Source: Ranitomeya imitator (Eukaryota). Taken from it: 64,000 nt of DNA. A program made the translations under genes and the position numbers. The stretch's first letter is position 1. Each line of letters starts with the position of its first letter. The stretch is from assembly GCF_032444005.1 (NCBI RefSeq), contig NC_091288.1, positions 206,522,001-206,586,000 of the forward strand. Direction: 5' to 3'. The notes beneath the pieces were generated by a model, which was not told the DNA's origin, searched no databases, and was given only the letters and a program-made list of their open reading frames with translations. This document shows positions 38,801-52,898 of the stretch, in pieces.

Positions 38801-41800
38801 CCAGTTTATATGTTTTCTTGCCGGATTAAAGGAATGTTACCGTAGAATTATAGGCTTTTTTTTTTTTTTACCTCTACCTTGTAACCTTGACACTGTCCCA
38901 TTAAATAGTCTGGTAGCAGAACGTCCTACATCCATAAGATATGTTCCCAGGACCGGGGGGCTTGGAGCAAGTATTACATTTTTCTTCCGTTCAGACACAA
39001 AAGAGCCTTGTATAAGGGGAAGTCTCCCAAATAACAAGGTGGCATTGTGTCTCCGGCTTATCTCCCATGTAAAGCGCAGCTGTCTGCACACACCTGGCCG
39101 ACTCACCTTACTAAATGACAACTTTCACAGCACCAGGAAAACATTATGTGCGCGTGTCGAAAGAAAGGGGGAACTCGGGTCTGTGCCGAGCGACTGCGAT
39201 CGCACCCAGATATATAGGATAAGGTAACGCACCACGTCCGCGGCTTCTAAGACGTGGTAGGAAAGTCAGACTAAAGGTCCGTGGAGCCTTCAAAAAAGGG
39301 GAGCCTTCAAAAAAACTTCAGAAACTTTGTAATAAACTTTGTTTCAACTTCTTGGCTTGCTGCCAGTAGAGACCTGCTTGTCTAAGGCTAGGTTCATATT
39401 GCGTTAGAGCAATCCGTTTAGCGCCTAGCACTAGCGGATTGCGCTAACGCAATGTTGTTTTATGGGGTCGCGTTAAACGTCCCCGCTCTCGCAGATCTCC
39501 GATCTGCGAGAGCGGGGAACGGACCTCGGGCGCGCCGCGCCACGGCGCCACGGCGCAAGCAGCGTCCACGGCGCGCCACAAAACACCGGCACATCGCTAG
39601 CGCGTGCCGAAAATGGCACGCGCTAGTGATGCGCGTCACCATTGCTGTTAATGGCCGCGCTAACGGACTCGTTGCACGGCGTTAATTTCGCTGTGCAACG
39701 CTGTCCGTTAGCGCGGTCACATTAACGCAATATGAACCAAGCCTAAGAGAAAAAAAGCGAGCGGCAGTACAAACCTAGACATGGCCGATCAACATCTCTC
39801 CCCTACGATCAGTCCACCAGCGCCCCCATACATATTAGAGGGGCGGCTGAACCTGTCGATATCAGTGATGTGTGGGGGGCTTTAGATCTGTCCATCCAGA
39901 GATATCAAGCAGAAATCAAAACACAAAAGGACTCAATTCAGCATTTACAAAAGTCCCTTTTCCTGAGATATCAAGCAGAAATCAAAACACAAAAGGACTC
40001 AATTCAGCATTTACAAAAGTCCCTTTTCCTTTTTTTTCTTGTGGTATTCATGGACAATTTTATTTTTTTTTTCATAAAATTTTTCCCAATTGTCGCATCC
40101 GGTTCATGAATTTTGTGCAACATTAAATATTCTATTCATTTTTATCATTTACCTTCTTAAAAGCAATAAAGTGGCACGTTCTGCAAAAATGCAGAAAAAA
40201 CTTCCCAGGCGTGCATAAAAAAAAAAAAAAAAAAAAAAAATCACTCCAGGAGGAATTGACTGCTTCACAATTTGAACAAAAGTTTTGCAACTTTTTAAAT
40301 AGGTGAAATTGATGAAATGGCAGCAGAGATCTGGAAACACCCAAAACCTCACCCACAATGGCGAACATAAAAAAAGAAAAAAAAAAAAAAAAAGACATAC
40401 AGGCGAACACAAAGTGGAATTTAAGAAAGGTGTCGATTGAAAAAAAAAAAAAAAGATGCCAAAAAACGAGACAGGTCCTGGAGCTCACCAGTCAGGGCGG
40501 GCAGGGGGCTATCCCCGTCTGGGAGGTAATATTTGGTCACTTTAAATTTTGGGTTTTGGTGTAGTCTACGTATGAAGACGATACCGCCCAGTGACTCCTA
40601 GGGGAGCACAGTCCACACCGCTGAACCCCAGGACCTGGCTATGCTCTAGACAGCCATGTCAAACCAAGATGATAGTTTCCTTGTTGATTTTCTTCTTTGT
40701 GAACACTGATTATTCACTACGATTGCTGGGGGTCCGACCACCCAGACCCATCCCAAGAATGAGACCCATTGATCTTAACCCCTAGCGATCAGTAAGTTCC
40801 CTTCTATCCCATGCGTAGAGTATAACTTTCAATCTCTGGAGAAACTCTCTTTAAAAGGTGTCAATATATCCCAAGACTTGCTGCAGGGCACTTACCTGGT
40901 TGGGATGGAGAACGACACAATTGATTGGTGCATTTACTTGGAAGATTCGCTGACACTGAAGGTTTCGTGACCTGAGAATAAAAAAAATCAGAAGAGTCAA
41001 TGTGGTAGATGCGAGTGATTAAAAGGGGTTTTCAAATCAACAACGTGATAAAAATATCTTCTGTGCAGGAAACTCTTTCACAAGTAAGAAATATTTAGGT
41101 AGCTGCCATTGTGCCAACGTAATACAAAGCTACGACTGCCCGGATCAGAGAAAAATACAAACCGGGCAGTATAAAACCGCCTCGTAGCCATGATTGCCAA
41201 CACTATGGGGACAGCCCGAGACAAGATAACGATCCCCAGGGCAGTCGTCCTTTTGGAAAGACTGTTAAAGGGATACCAGCGACATGCCCTGATAGCTGTC
41301 TATGTACTGGCACACTATAAAGGCAAACATAGGAACGCCAGTATGTTGTTTTTATAACAAAATGGATTAAAAAAAAAAATAGTCTGGTCTTAAAGGTATT
41401 AATAACAGTTTACGTCCGTGTGAACCTGATGCATTTACACGTTTCTATGGCTGGCATGTAAGGCCACGTTTCCTTGGTAGTCGCTGTGACAAGGCTCAGC
41501 CAGATCCTGCTTTCCATGGAAATAATCTCCGATCGCTGGGGTCCATGGCGCTCAGCTGATCGCAGGCTCTTTTATTTCATACATTGCTCTTCATATAATA
41601 AAATATTTATATGGAGCATAAATCCACCAAAAGCAAAAAAATTCTCAAACACGAATGAAGCGGAAGCCAGGAGACGTCGCACCTCAGGTCCCATATCCGG
41701 GCCATACAGTCTTCTCCACCTGTATACATCCAGCGTCCATCCTCATGGAATCCAACAGAAGTGATGTTCTTGCTGACGCCGTCATAGTTGATAACGGGAT

Positions 41801-43644
41801 TGGGGTTGTTGGAGTTCAGATCGTACATCCGGATGTGCTGATATCCTAGGAACAGGAGCACAGGGCCGAGGAGGATTAGGAAACCAGGTGAATGCAATGT
41901 GTAGAATACAAGAGGTAAGGCAGAATCATAAGATAAATTACATAGTAATGAGGGTCATCCAGGACCCTCAACGATTAGCAGAATGAAGGGGTGAAGTGCT
42001 CACTGGGGCACAGCAATGTCAGTTATACGTACGCCTGGCTCCACTGCAACACCAGACACAGCCGCAGATATATGTCCTGTCAGGTACTACGGGGGACCAT
42101 TAGGAATCAAAGTTATCAAACATTGAAGCTTATCCTTAAAGGGGTTAGAATCGCTTACTTCTGCATAGGGAGGTCGGAGGGTCTGCTAAGGGGGCTCTGA
42201 CGACCAATTGATAGGTCTCGACCGCCGCCCAAAAGTATCATGTACAAGACCAACTCTAATCGGACAGGTGTATAACACCTTATGCTTGTGCATGAGGCCG
42301 TCACCGAAACACCAGCTGCACCCCTTATCTCCCAATATGAAAGTGAAAATCACCAGTTAACCCCTTAAAGATCCCTATTCACAAAATATTGATCTTGATC
42401 AAGCCAGCCAATCATCTAACATGTATGAAGTAGAAAAGGTGCACATCGATTCACAGGACCCCGGCCCATGTCTATAATCTGGGGTCACTGGACAGAAGCC
42501 CTAAGAATCGCTTCCTATCGGACGGCATCCCCGACTTCTGTTTCAATTCGCCAGCCTGGCGCGACATCAGCATTGTGGTGTGAAGCACATGTGACATCGC
42601 ACGTGGCTCGTTAATCAATAGAAGGGCCATAGATGCTGGCAGGTAGGAAGCGGGTCCCAGGGCTCTTGTCTGGTGACCACAGATTATTGATAGGGATACT
42701 TGACCAGATCAATAAAACGTTTTGCACCATCTCTTGTGTGAGGGGATTCATGACCCTCCCTCAAAGTCTGGATTTAACCATCCGTCAGGGGCAACTGATC
42801 TGACAGGCGCAGCTCACTTAGTTTAATTTCTCTATTTTCAGTGGTTTGTCTGGGAAACACCATACTTTTCTGGTTATTAAACATTTTTTTTTTTTTACAC
42901 CTGATTATGTGTATTCTCATTTATTACATTCTTATTAAGGTAACTGATCACTTTTAGAGCATTGAAATTTAAAAAAAAGGAAAATATAGCCAATTTTCTA
43001 GCCTGTGCTGGACATGCGCAATGCCCCTAAACTCGTTATGAAACATATTGCCCCTGAGGGAGGGTTAAACATCAGAAATTCATAATTCTGAGTACGGACC
43101 GCAGTGTCCAGACTAGTTGTCCCCAAATTCAACAGACTCCTATATTCCTTTGTATTCCACTTTCCCCATTCGGCCGCACTAAGCGAGGTTGTGTATGGGG
43201 GGAGTTCGCCTGACCGCTATCTAAGGAGTATGGCCGCCCCTTATCAGACAGAAATCACGGTCACTCACCTGCAGCTGCAATCATGCTGCGATCTGGAGTC
43301 ACTTCCAGAGAGTTCACTTGCTAAAACTTTCAGTCAAGGAACACAATGAAGCAGAAACAAAACCTGCAGGAGGTCAGACACACTGCTGAACATTAGGACT
43401 AGAAACAAAGGAATGGACAAAAAAAAACAAAACAAAACACAACTGTATTCGACAATCATCTCTCCCGGACGACTAGTCCTGCCCTATCATGAAGAAAATG
43501 TGTGAAGGATACAGAGTCCTGGTGCTGCACGGTCCGCGTACAGATGCCGCTATGGGCTTGCCAAAACCTCACCGTGTGGTCATATCCGGCTGTGGCGAGA
43601 ATGACGGGATCACTGCCCACCGTGCCCTGTGATGAGTTCAACAT
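35819..43644 (-). CDS. MLST8: Target of rapamycin complex subunit LST8 (WD40), complete CDS, 327 aa
   Basis: Exons 43513-43644, 43269-43320, 41683-41845, 40896-40971, 38334-38486, 37525-37649, 37257-37420, 35819-35937. All are GT-AG and in phase. They translate to [33 protein letters not shown] ... [17 protein letters not shown], nearly identical to human mLST8. Confidence 0.97.
35971..37215. repeat. 86-bp minisatellite filling the last MLST8 intron
   Basis: Unit TACACAGTGACTGCACCAGCAGAATAGTGAGTGCAGCTCTGGAGTATAATACAGGATGTAACTCAGGATCAGTAATGTAATGTATG. ORF starts are offset by exactly 86 (36363, 36449, 36535...). Confidence 0.95.
39386..39743. mobile_element. PIF/Harbinger-type MITE in an MLST8 intron
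   Basis: TAA|GGCTAGGTTCATATTGCGTT ... AACGCAATATGAACCAAGCC|TAA. It has a 3-bp TAA duplication and an internally palindromic, GC-rich body. Confidence 0.8.
39900..40029. repeat. 65-bp direct tandem duplication
   Basis: GAGATATCAAGCAGAAATCAAAACACAAAAGGACTCAATTCAGCATTTACAAAAGTCCCTTTTCCT-type unit present twice. Confidence 0.85.
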
Positions 43645-43689
43645 GTTTCCTAAATATAGAAAAAAAGAATGAATTATTGCAGCGGTAAG

Positions 43690-44070
43690 CAGGAGGCCCC
43701 TGTGCGCAAGCAGTAGGCCCCTGTGCGCAATCATGAGGCCCCTGTGCAACCACGAGGCCCCTGTGCGCAAGCATGAGGCCCCTGTGCAAGCACGAGGCCC
43801 CTGTGCGCAAGCACGAGGCCCCTGTGCGCAAGCACGAGGCCCCTGTGCGCAAGCACGAGGCCCCTGTGCGCAAGCACGAGGCCCCTGTGCGCAAGCACGA
43901 GGCCCCTGTGCGCAAGCACGAGGCCCCTGTGCGCAAGCACGAGGCCCCTGTGCGCAAGCACGAGGCCCCTGTGCGCAAGCACGAGGCCCCTGTGCGCAAG
44001 CACGAGGCCCCTGTGCGCAAGCACGAGGCCCCTGTGCGCAAGCATGAGGCCCCTGTGCGCAAGCATGAGG
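43690..44070. repeat. 21-bp minisatellite next to the acceptor of the MLST8 ATG exon
   Basis: Unit GCGCAAGCACGAGGCCCCTGT, giving 7-aa periodic ORFs. Confidence 0.95.
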
Positions 44071-45089
44071 TCGCTGTACAACCACATCCCCTCTTTTGGG
44101 CTCTCCAATATCAAAACCGCTCCTCTTGGCATTGATTGCCCTGCTATGTCCCGTCTTCATTGTTCCTTCCTGCATCGGATCATGGGCAGTACGTCCGCCG
44201 CGAGGCCGCGCCATTCAGCACAAAGAGCATTGTGCCGAATTTTGGGGGCAAAACGCTCAGCGATATTCACCTTACCACTCCGCCGGTCTCATTACACAGG
44301 AGAAGCTAGGAGATGAGCGATCAGCCAACCCCATAAAGGAACGAGAGGCCGGGAGCAGCAGGGGGGATGGGTGAGGGTCGCTTTATCGCTCCTGCAGACT
44401 ATTTCTGCAGTTTTGTGCCAGAAATCCGCAAAAGGTAAAATCCACAGTAACTTATGCGGATATTGCAGCAGGTCTATGCGGAAATCAATGTGGAATTCCA
44501 GCTGCGGACTACATCTGTAGTCAAGATTCAAAGGGATTTTCTGGAGGGGGGGGGGTTCTACCCCCTCCTACCAAAAAGAGCCTAACTCATCCTCCCCTGG
44601 TCCGGCGCTGAGTCTCCACTGCTGCTCCTGCCGTCTGTTATTGTCGACAGCACTGCAGCCAATTATTCAGCTCGTGATCGGCTGCAGTGCTGTCAACGCG
44701 ACGTCAGCGCTGCAGACAATAACAGACATCGGGAGCAGCGTCGAAGACTCAGAGCTGGACCGGGGAAGAGTGAATAAACAAGAGATTTTATTACGAAAAA
44801 AAAACAACCTGCAGACAGGGATTAAAAAAAAAAAACAAGAAAAAAACACCAATAAATTTCTATAAAAGTCCACACAATAAATTAACCCATAATATACACA
44901 GATTATCCGCTAAGGCCCAGAAACTGAAGAACTGCTCATATCTGAGGTTTTGTTACAATGGCAGCAGCCAGGACAGGAAGACTGTAAGCAACTCCCTGCC
45001 AAACGCCAGCAGCTGCAGAACTACAAGTCCCAGCAGAGTGCTCACCCACCACCCCCCTCTGCGCATCTCCCAGGTTCCCCATCCTTCCT

Positions 45090-45335
45090 CCTCACCTCCA
45101 GTCCTGCACTGCACTGCGGCGGCGCGCAGTGATGACGTCAGAGACCCTGCTGCTCACGTGTCCAAAGTAACAAGTCTGCAGCCACAACCCTGTTCTTCTG
45201 CAAACAGACGAGATTGGAAATTAGATTTTTCTCTCCGAATATTGTCGTCTTCATTTATGGAGCCATTTTTCCGACGTCTAAAGTAAAATGATAGGAAATG
45301 ACTCAGGAAAAATGGCCGCCGCCAAGGTAAAGACA
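45090..45335 (-). promoter_or_regulatory. Likely MLST8 non-coding first exon and promoter
   Basis: Minus-strand donor GAG|GTGAGG at 45096/45095, GC-rich leader, perfect CRE TGACGTCA at 45133-45140, E-box CACGTG at 45155-45160, YY1-like AAAATGGCCGCC near 45310-45322. Confidence 0.5.
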
Positions 45336-48300
45336 GAGACGGGACAGTTTGTCCTCTAGTGACTGAAGCGGTTGTTGCCTGGCAACTGGAAAAGACGGAA
45401 AACAGTGTAACGTAGAAGGTTTGGGTGTTATAATGGAATATAGAGCGTAATAAGGAGAATTAACCCCTTCCCTCTTCAGCTAATTATTCCTTTTTGTGCT
45501 TTCATTTTCCCCCCTTTCTTCCCTTCTTTCTTTGTTATCTTCCCATCCTCATTGAGCTACGAGCGCTTGTTTGCAATTTCGTCTGACACCGTTCACTTTA
45601 TCACACGATGTCCCGAAAAACGAGGACATGAACTCCGAGCACGGTGAAATGGTGAAAAATAAACACAATTCCGCTATTGTTTTTATGGCGTACATTCTGC
45701 GGCAAAAACGAGCGGGTGACACGATTCTCGAAATCGGGACGATTCCGGCGATACCAAACTTGTACGACTTTTATATTGAAGTGGTGACAAAAAAAAAAAA
45801 ATCAGAGTTTAGTAAAAAAAATACAAATTTTTGCCGCCATTTTCCAAAATCCATAATGTTTATATTCTGCCGTCGCTGCGGCCGTGAGAGGGGATTGGTT
45901 TTAGTTTCTTTTGTGGGGTTTTTATTTGTATCATTTTGGATTAGATCTGACTTTTTGATAATTTTTTCGCCTTTTTTGTGCAACCGAAAAAACAACAATC
46001 TCTTAGTATCTCTCTTTTTATTTATTTAATTTTTTATGTGTGTATTTTTTTTTTTTAATCGTTCAGATTCATTCATTTTATATTTCGATAGGTCGGACTT
46101 TTGCAGACCCTCCGGTATGGCATATGTTTAGGTTTTTTTTTTAATATCTTTATTTCTTTTTTTTAATTCATTTTTTTTTTTTTTAGCGATTTTGTTAATA
46201 ATTGTTACATTTTAGTTTTTTTTTAATATCTTTATTTCTTTCTTTAATTCATGTTTTTTTTTTAACAATTTTGTTAATAATTTTTACATTTTTTTTTTAA
46301 ATTTACATTCTTCTTTGCAGAATCCGTTTCTCAGAATTGTTCGGACCCGCTGGTGGACACAGACCGAAAAGGGCAAGGACAATATATGGGCCCCATGCAG
46401 TGCCATAGCCCCTCATAATACACAATTCCACATATTTTGGGGGTGATAGTGCCCCCTTATCTCTTGGGCCCCTGTTGCACCAATGCTATGTCCGCCCCTG
46501 GTCGATCGTGCTGACATGACTACAGGCTGTGCGGTTGGACAGACGGGCCTGACCGGTTGCGGTGCCAGACATTATGGGCCAGATTACTCCACATGTCGGC
46601 CTTCCCCGGTGGCAGTGGCTCCTGTCCTCCTCCACTAGCCTCTTCTAACAAGCGCTGGTCCACTTTGACCAACTTTCATGGTTGTCCAAGTCAATCTAAG
46701 CCGGGGACCAGACGCACCGCCGGTGTTAGGCCACAAAATTTGATCGGGTGGATCAAAGGGTGCACAGGAACCTCTACCACGAGGGCCGGCAGCGGCGTTT
46801 CCTGGCCCATTGTGTACCGCCAGGTTCCCCCACCTGTGCCATTGTTTAAAAAAAGTGGGTCATGCCACAATTTTTTTTTGCCAAATTGTGTGGTTATTTA
46901 TGATGGGTATTAAAAATATGTGCCTCTCGCCGCCAGTATTCCTCGGGAAGAAAGTTCATTTCTAGCACTTAAGACGAATTCTTATGACCCTCGTCCAAAA
47001 ATCACTTCTCTGGGCGGAGACCCGGCAGCGTTCAGCTTCTCAATAACCGTGAGCATCTGCTCTTTTCGTGTTTTTGTTTTTTTTTTTAAAGAGGCTGGCA
47101 ATGAAGGAAGAAGAAGGCGGCTTGTGTGTTGGAGCGACGACATCATCATCCGTGGGAGAAGGGGTTCATCAGCAGTGATCAGGAATCAGGGATGGCCTCC
47201 GGCAGTCCGTGGTAAGTGACGGTGTATCGAGCGCTTGAATCAGAGGTGTCAATATCAATCTGAAGGCCGGGATCAGGCGAGCGGGGAAACAATCCAACAA
47301 TCCGGCGCCGGACAATAGCCGGTGACTTCTGCAATCTATGTCTGCTTTTTACATCCACAATTAAATAAAAATAATATAAGGCCCAATACAGATTCTTATG
47401 TGATCTTTGCAGCGGATCCATTAAAAGCAGATGGTGTCTTTTCCTTTTAGGCAACCATTGAGTTCCATGGATGAGTCTGATGGCCGAAACTCGCCTGAAC
47501 GAGGCCTAAGAACGACTGTCATCCTCATATTCCATGGGGATGTTCACGTCAGTCTTTTTGTCTGCTGACCACTGATCCGTGTTAAAAATAAAAACAGTCA
47601 TCTTATGCTTTGGTCCATTTTTGCAGAGCGAAGTCACAGTAAATGGGACTGAAAATAAAAATACGGACGCCATAGTCTTTTTTTTTTTTACCTACTGGTT
47701 GCTAGAAAAGGCTTGGGAAAACTCCATCTTTTTTGCATACACAATAGTAAAAAAAGACCCAAAATGGATACAACACTGATGGAAATCGGTCCCTTTTTTT
47801 TTTGCAGATGCAATGTGTGAATAACACCAGTTTATCGGTATATAGAGTAATGTTTTATGAAGAATACAAGTCCTGCCGGGTCCTTTATAAAACTTCTACA
47901 GCTTTCTCATACACTCAGCACTTTCAAGTTCTCTGTTTGCTGTCAGTGAATAGCGGGGGAAATTCAATATTTTACATTATTCCGTAATACAAGTGAATGA
48001 AGTGAAGCAGACGCAGGCAGACGCCTATTCATTCCCCGTGGTGCAATTAAGATAGATGGGAATGTGCCATAAGTTGAGAATACCCCTTTAAATTAACCCT
48101 AAGGGCTGATTTACACACAGGCAGATTTCCCCCCTGATTGACGTTATAACAAATCATCCTGCATAGACCAACGCAGTAATTATGGAATGCCCCTTGAAAC
48201 AAGACGTCTGTTGAAATGCTTGATGCCACCACTAGATGGCAGATTGATGCCATGATCCATTTCTCAGCAGCACAGTGAGCAGCATAACCCCCAGCATCTC

Positions 48301-51300
48301 CTGTATCTATAGGGGTCTAGGTAGTGTCGGCCTGAGAACTACAGACAAAAATCCTTTCTATATGTGCAATTTCTTTCTCCATTCCACAGCAGCAGGGTTA
48401 ATACTGTTTCTTATTATATCCAAAGGTGGAGATTCAGAGACAGATTCCTCCCATCTGTAGGAGCTAATGCACATAATTGGACGTAGGGGAAGGTTTCTGA
48501 CGCAGCAAGCTGCCTCCCAGACCGAGAAAACAGCAGCGGTGCCTGAAACCCCTCACCTTACTTCCAAATTTCTATGTTCTATCCACCCATACTAAACACC
48601 CCGCAGGGTAATCGCCAGGTTGTGCACAGTCACCGACCTGATCTTTGGCACTTTAGTGTCTCTACGCCTATTGCAAAGCTTCACGTTGAGAGTTGTAGTT
48701 TTACAGACATTGGAGGTCCACAGTTTGGAGACCACCGCTGTAAACTGTGTGAATGATACATTGACTTATTTATGGGGATCCGCCAATGATCTACCCACAA
48801 AAGTGGCGTCAGCCAAAGGTGTTGATTTTGGGCAGGAGTGGCCGACCTCCCGATATGAGTAGCGGTTGCTCTATCTTTTTCTGGGTTGATGAACCATTCT
48901 TGGAAGTGTCTGTAATCAGCTTTCTCTTCTCTCCTGATTGAGAACTGGTGAACAGAGTCCTCCGACCCCAGCGGTGGACCAACATATCCAGATCGGCCGA
49001 GCGTTCATGTGTTTTCGATGGGAAGAGGGAGAAGATGCCTCTTTGCAGAACAAAGCAAACTCAATATTCCCAATCCTCCTCTCCCCCAACATCAAATGTC
49101 TGGGGAGGGTCAGGATGACCCCCATACACAGGAGATCATATTGTGCTGCCAGAGAGTCTATCTTTTCTGTAATCTGTACAGAATCCACAACCAGGTTTTC
49201 TAAATGAAAACTTGTTAAAAATTGCTTCAAAGGTTAATGAGCCCGTGCATCCTCTGTTATTACCATCTGTATGTATATGTATACATATATACTCTGCACA
49301 CAGGCCGGTGACTGATAACGCAGGGCGTGCGCTTTTCAATGACTGCCAGTGATCGTCTCTCCAGTCCCCTGATCGGAGCTGGTAGATAGTAATAGCGGTA
49401 ATAAAAGCTAAGTATAGAAGCGCCAGCAAAGAAAAATATTCGAAAACTTCATTTTCATTGTTTAATGCTCCTAAAAAATAAACAGCTTTAAAAGACGTCT
49501 ATATAATCTAGGAATGTGTCCGTGTGTCGCTGGGTTATATGGACGGTTCTTATATACGTTTGTCCAAGAAAAATTATGTTTAAAGACATTTTTCTTCTGC
49601 AAACGCGGGAGCTTCTGTACTTGGCTGTTATCTGGTGATGTCTCGCCCATCCTCTGATGACGCGTCTGCTCCAGGTAACCAGTGACCTTGTCTTTAGTAT
49701 TGTTAGACAATGAAAATGTGGGAAGGTGGAACCCATGACAGGCGCACAATAGGCTATAAAAAATGGAGTAAGGTAGGGACTGACTGAGCGGGTGCAGAGG
49801 AGAAGATGGGGCGGAGACGATCGTTCTTGTGGTCGGGGGATCGGGAGAGAGAGCTGGCAGCCGAGTAATAGTTCGGGAAACAGCTATATAATTTGTCTGG
49901 GGGGCTTGGAAAGGACTTATATATTGATATCCTATCCTCAGGATATCAGGTCAGAGGGGTCTGACACCTGGCACCCCAACCGATCAGCTGCTCGGCTTCT
50001 GCTGTAAACAGTGTACAGCAGAAGCTGCTCGGCTTCTGCTGTAAACAGTGTACAGACGGGGAACAGCACAGTTCTGTACGCCACATAGTGGCAGCTCCAT
50101 GTTACTGCAGCTCAGGTCACTTTAATAGGAGCTGAGCTGCAATACCGATAACAGCCACTACACAGTGTACGGAGCTGTGCTTTTCCTCCTCAGGACGCAG
50201 CCGCCAAGGGAGCTACAAACAGCTGATCGGTGGAGGTGGTGGGTGTCGGACCCTCACAGATCTGACATTGATCACCTGTCCTAAGGATAAGTCTTCAAGG
50301 TATATAAATCCTGAACCACATGTGGTTTGTGAGTTATTTTTAATTGACAATGGAGGGATTAGTATATTTACCCACTATCTAACGGGTATATTCCAGCGAT
50401 TGCTCTGGACAACTAGATTTTGTATGATCAGTGGTTTCAGATTCTTAAAAATTCTTCCTTGCCAAAAAAAAATGCATAAAAAAATTGAGATTATGTAATA
50501 TAAATTAGGTTGTGTTATACAGCTTGCACCTGCCTCTAACAGCAGTGACCTGAGCTGGCCCTGATCATTGCTGTTAATCACCCACGGTAGCATTTAAATG
50601 GTTCTGTTGTCCATGCGTATGTGTTGGTTTTTTTTTAGCCATTTTACTGCACTTGATTTTCTTTTTTGTTTCATCTTTCAGTACATTATATTATTAAGTG
50701 AACAAGGTTATTCAAAACTACGACTTGTCCCTGCAAAAAAAACAAAAAAAACAATAAGAAAACTTTATGCCTATTGGAAGAGGAAAAAAACGAAAGCTCA
50801 GAAATGAAAAAATGGTCTGTAATTAAAAAAAATACTATTATTCATCCTAGGTGCGGACCAAACCCTTGAATATATATTTACTTTTAGTACAGAAAGGTTG
50901 TCAGAGAGGTGAGTGATGCCCGTGGGTGTTGCATACTGAAAAAACCCTGCAGTGTCACTGTTCCAGCATCCGACACCTAGCACTGTGCCCGAGCACGCAT
51001 GTACCATGATCCGTAGTTAATCTAGTAATACATGTCTGTTTTTATCATGCACGCTGCACCGCAAGCTGTGACATTTCTCCAGAGCAGGAAATACGAGTTC
51101 TGCTCTGAACTTCCTGGTGTGTCCCTGTGATCTCCAGTGAGCTGACAGCCACAGGTCTGCAGCAGGACTTCCACCTTGTCATACCAGCACAGGAGTTCAT
51201 GGGGGGGATCAGGTAAAGAGAACTACGGTACATCCTCAATTTCTGTGAAACTTTCTTGCACTGTTATCTGAAATGATAGTGGGCATCAGCCTGTGGATCT

Positions 51301-52344
51301 GCCTTGTTTTCATGCGACACTGTCACTCTATTTCTTTCAGAGTATTATCATATTTAAGGTCTTAATATTTTAACCTCATTTGGTCCAAATTCTATCTATT
51401 TCCCACCATTGATGTCCCAGGTTATACCCCCTTAGTTTGTAGGTCCGGCTGTGGGCACCACAAACACCCCAAGTGATGTGTGTTTGTTTGTGCCCACAGC
51501 CTGACCTAAAATAGTGTCCAGTTGTGGGCACTGGAAACACCCCAAGTCACAGGTATTAGCCGGTGCCTTCAACCGGACCTAAATTAGGGTCTGGCTGTGG
51601 GCACGATAAACACCCCAAGTTTCTGGTGTATGCTGATGCCCAAAGCCAGACCTAAAATAGGAGTAGAATTTGGCAGACTTTTATTGGAGCATTGATTCCC
51701 TTATGGTAGGCTGTACCGAGAGCTGTCAAACTGATCTGATATAGACATGCATGCTCAAACTTCTGGTATGTTGTCAGAGGCCGTTAAGGTAAGGGTTACC
51801 TAATTACTCTATAGCCTTGGTGACACTTGCAGGATCCACTGGTAATCTAGATGAACACATACACATTTGATAAAAGCCAACTTCAGCAGGAATGACCAGT
51901 CCTTTGATGTGTGATCGGAAACTTGGGATTTCAATGGCCGGTCCTTATGTGTTCAGGGAAGATAATCCGATAGCAGAACTTCCTCACAGAAGTTTTATGC
52001 CCTCTCCCCATTGACACAATCGCTCGCTCGGCCAACAGCTTTCTCACGCGTATGACCAGCTTAAAAGGTTTGTTCACCTTTAAGAACATTTTTTTTATTT
52101 CAGTGCATATATTTGGGCCTAGAAATAGTTTTTGCAATTGGGTTTCATAAAAAAACTTTGCTCTGTTTGACTTTTACGCTCTTGGTTTCCTGCACATTCC
52201 TGGAGGTGGTCTGACCTCCTTATAGTATCAATGGCAGGTAGCACCAAGTGACAGTAAAGGGAATTGATATGAAATGTACACAGGAAAACTGCAAAGCTTT
52301 ATTATGCAACGTATAGCACACAATTGCCAAAACCAGAATATCCC

Positions 52345-52787
52345 TTTAAGGGGTTATTGCAGTCTTCGTGAATAGATATTGTCGGATAGTGCTCGTAGGT
52401 TCAAGCACATCTGCAATTTGTTAAATTTTTAAACCATTCTGGAGATATTAACATGTTCGTTTACAACTCGTTGTCTTGGAGACCGACCACCACTGATTGA
52501 CAGCAGAAGGCGCACAATGCTTAGAGGCTCTTTTCAGCTTGTAAGCTCTGTTCTGAAGCTGCTCAGGGTCTCTGGAACGCGCTGTTACCACCTAATCCCA
52601 GCTAGTGCTCACAAGCTAGACAGCAGCGATGGTCGGTCTCCCAGGCAACAAGCTGTAAACAAAACAAAAGTGTTAATATCTCAAGAACGGCTGCAAATTT
52701 TAATAAGCAGTAAATTGCAAAAGTGCTTGTTTTTACTAGCACTATGTCAAAAATATCAATTTATGAAGATGGGAATAACCCTTTAAG
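52345..52787. mobile_element. TTAA-flanked MITE (T2/Kolobok-like)
   Basis: TTAAGGGGTTATTGC ... GAATAACCCTTTAA ends, with the internal inverted arms GGAGACCGACC / GGTCGGTCTCC. Confidence 0.7.
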
Positions 52788-52898
52788 GAGTTTTGCCAGC
52801 CAGTACATCCTATAGCCTCGTCTCCCCATATCAGTTTGCAGGTGCCGGCTTTGGTTTCACCTTTGTATTTGTTTCCATTGTTTCTTATTTCCGTAGAG

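Noticed and set aside
43456-44214. 252-aa minus ORF seemingly giving MLST8 a long repetitive N-terminus
   Set aside because: It runs through the 21-bp repeat and a good acceptor (TATTTAG|G at 43650/43649). The conserved start is the ATG at 43644.
46550-47330. GC-rich patches that may be decayed Harbinger or retroelement coding sequence
   Set aside because: No frame gave a motif I could confidently recognise; needs a Dfam/HMM search.
48600-49230. 104-aa minus ORF (48916-49230) and neighbours, possibly a LINE remnant
   Set aside because: No diagnostic motif and no convincing splice-phase links to neighbouring genes.
51040-51215. Possible non-coding first exon of the HEXD-like gene ending CAG|GTAAAG
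   Set aside because: Supported only by a donor-like site; insufficient evidence.
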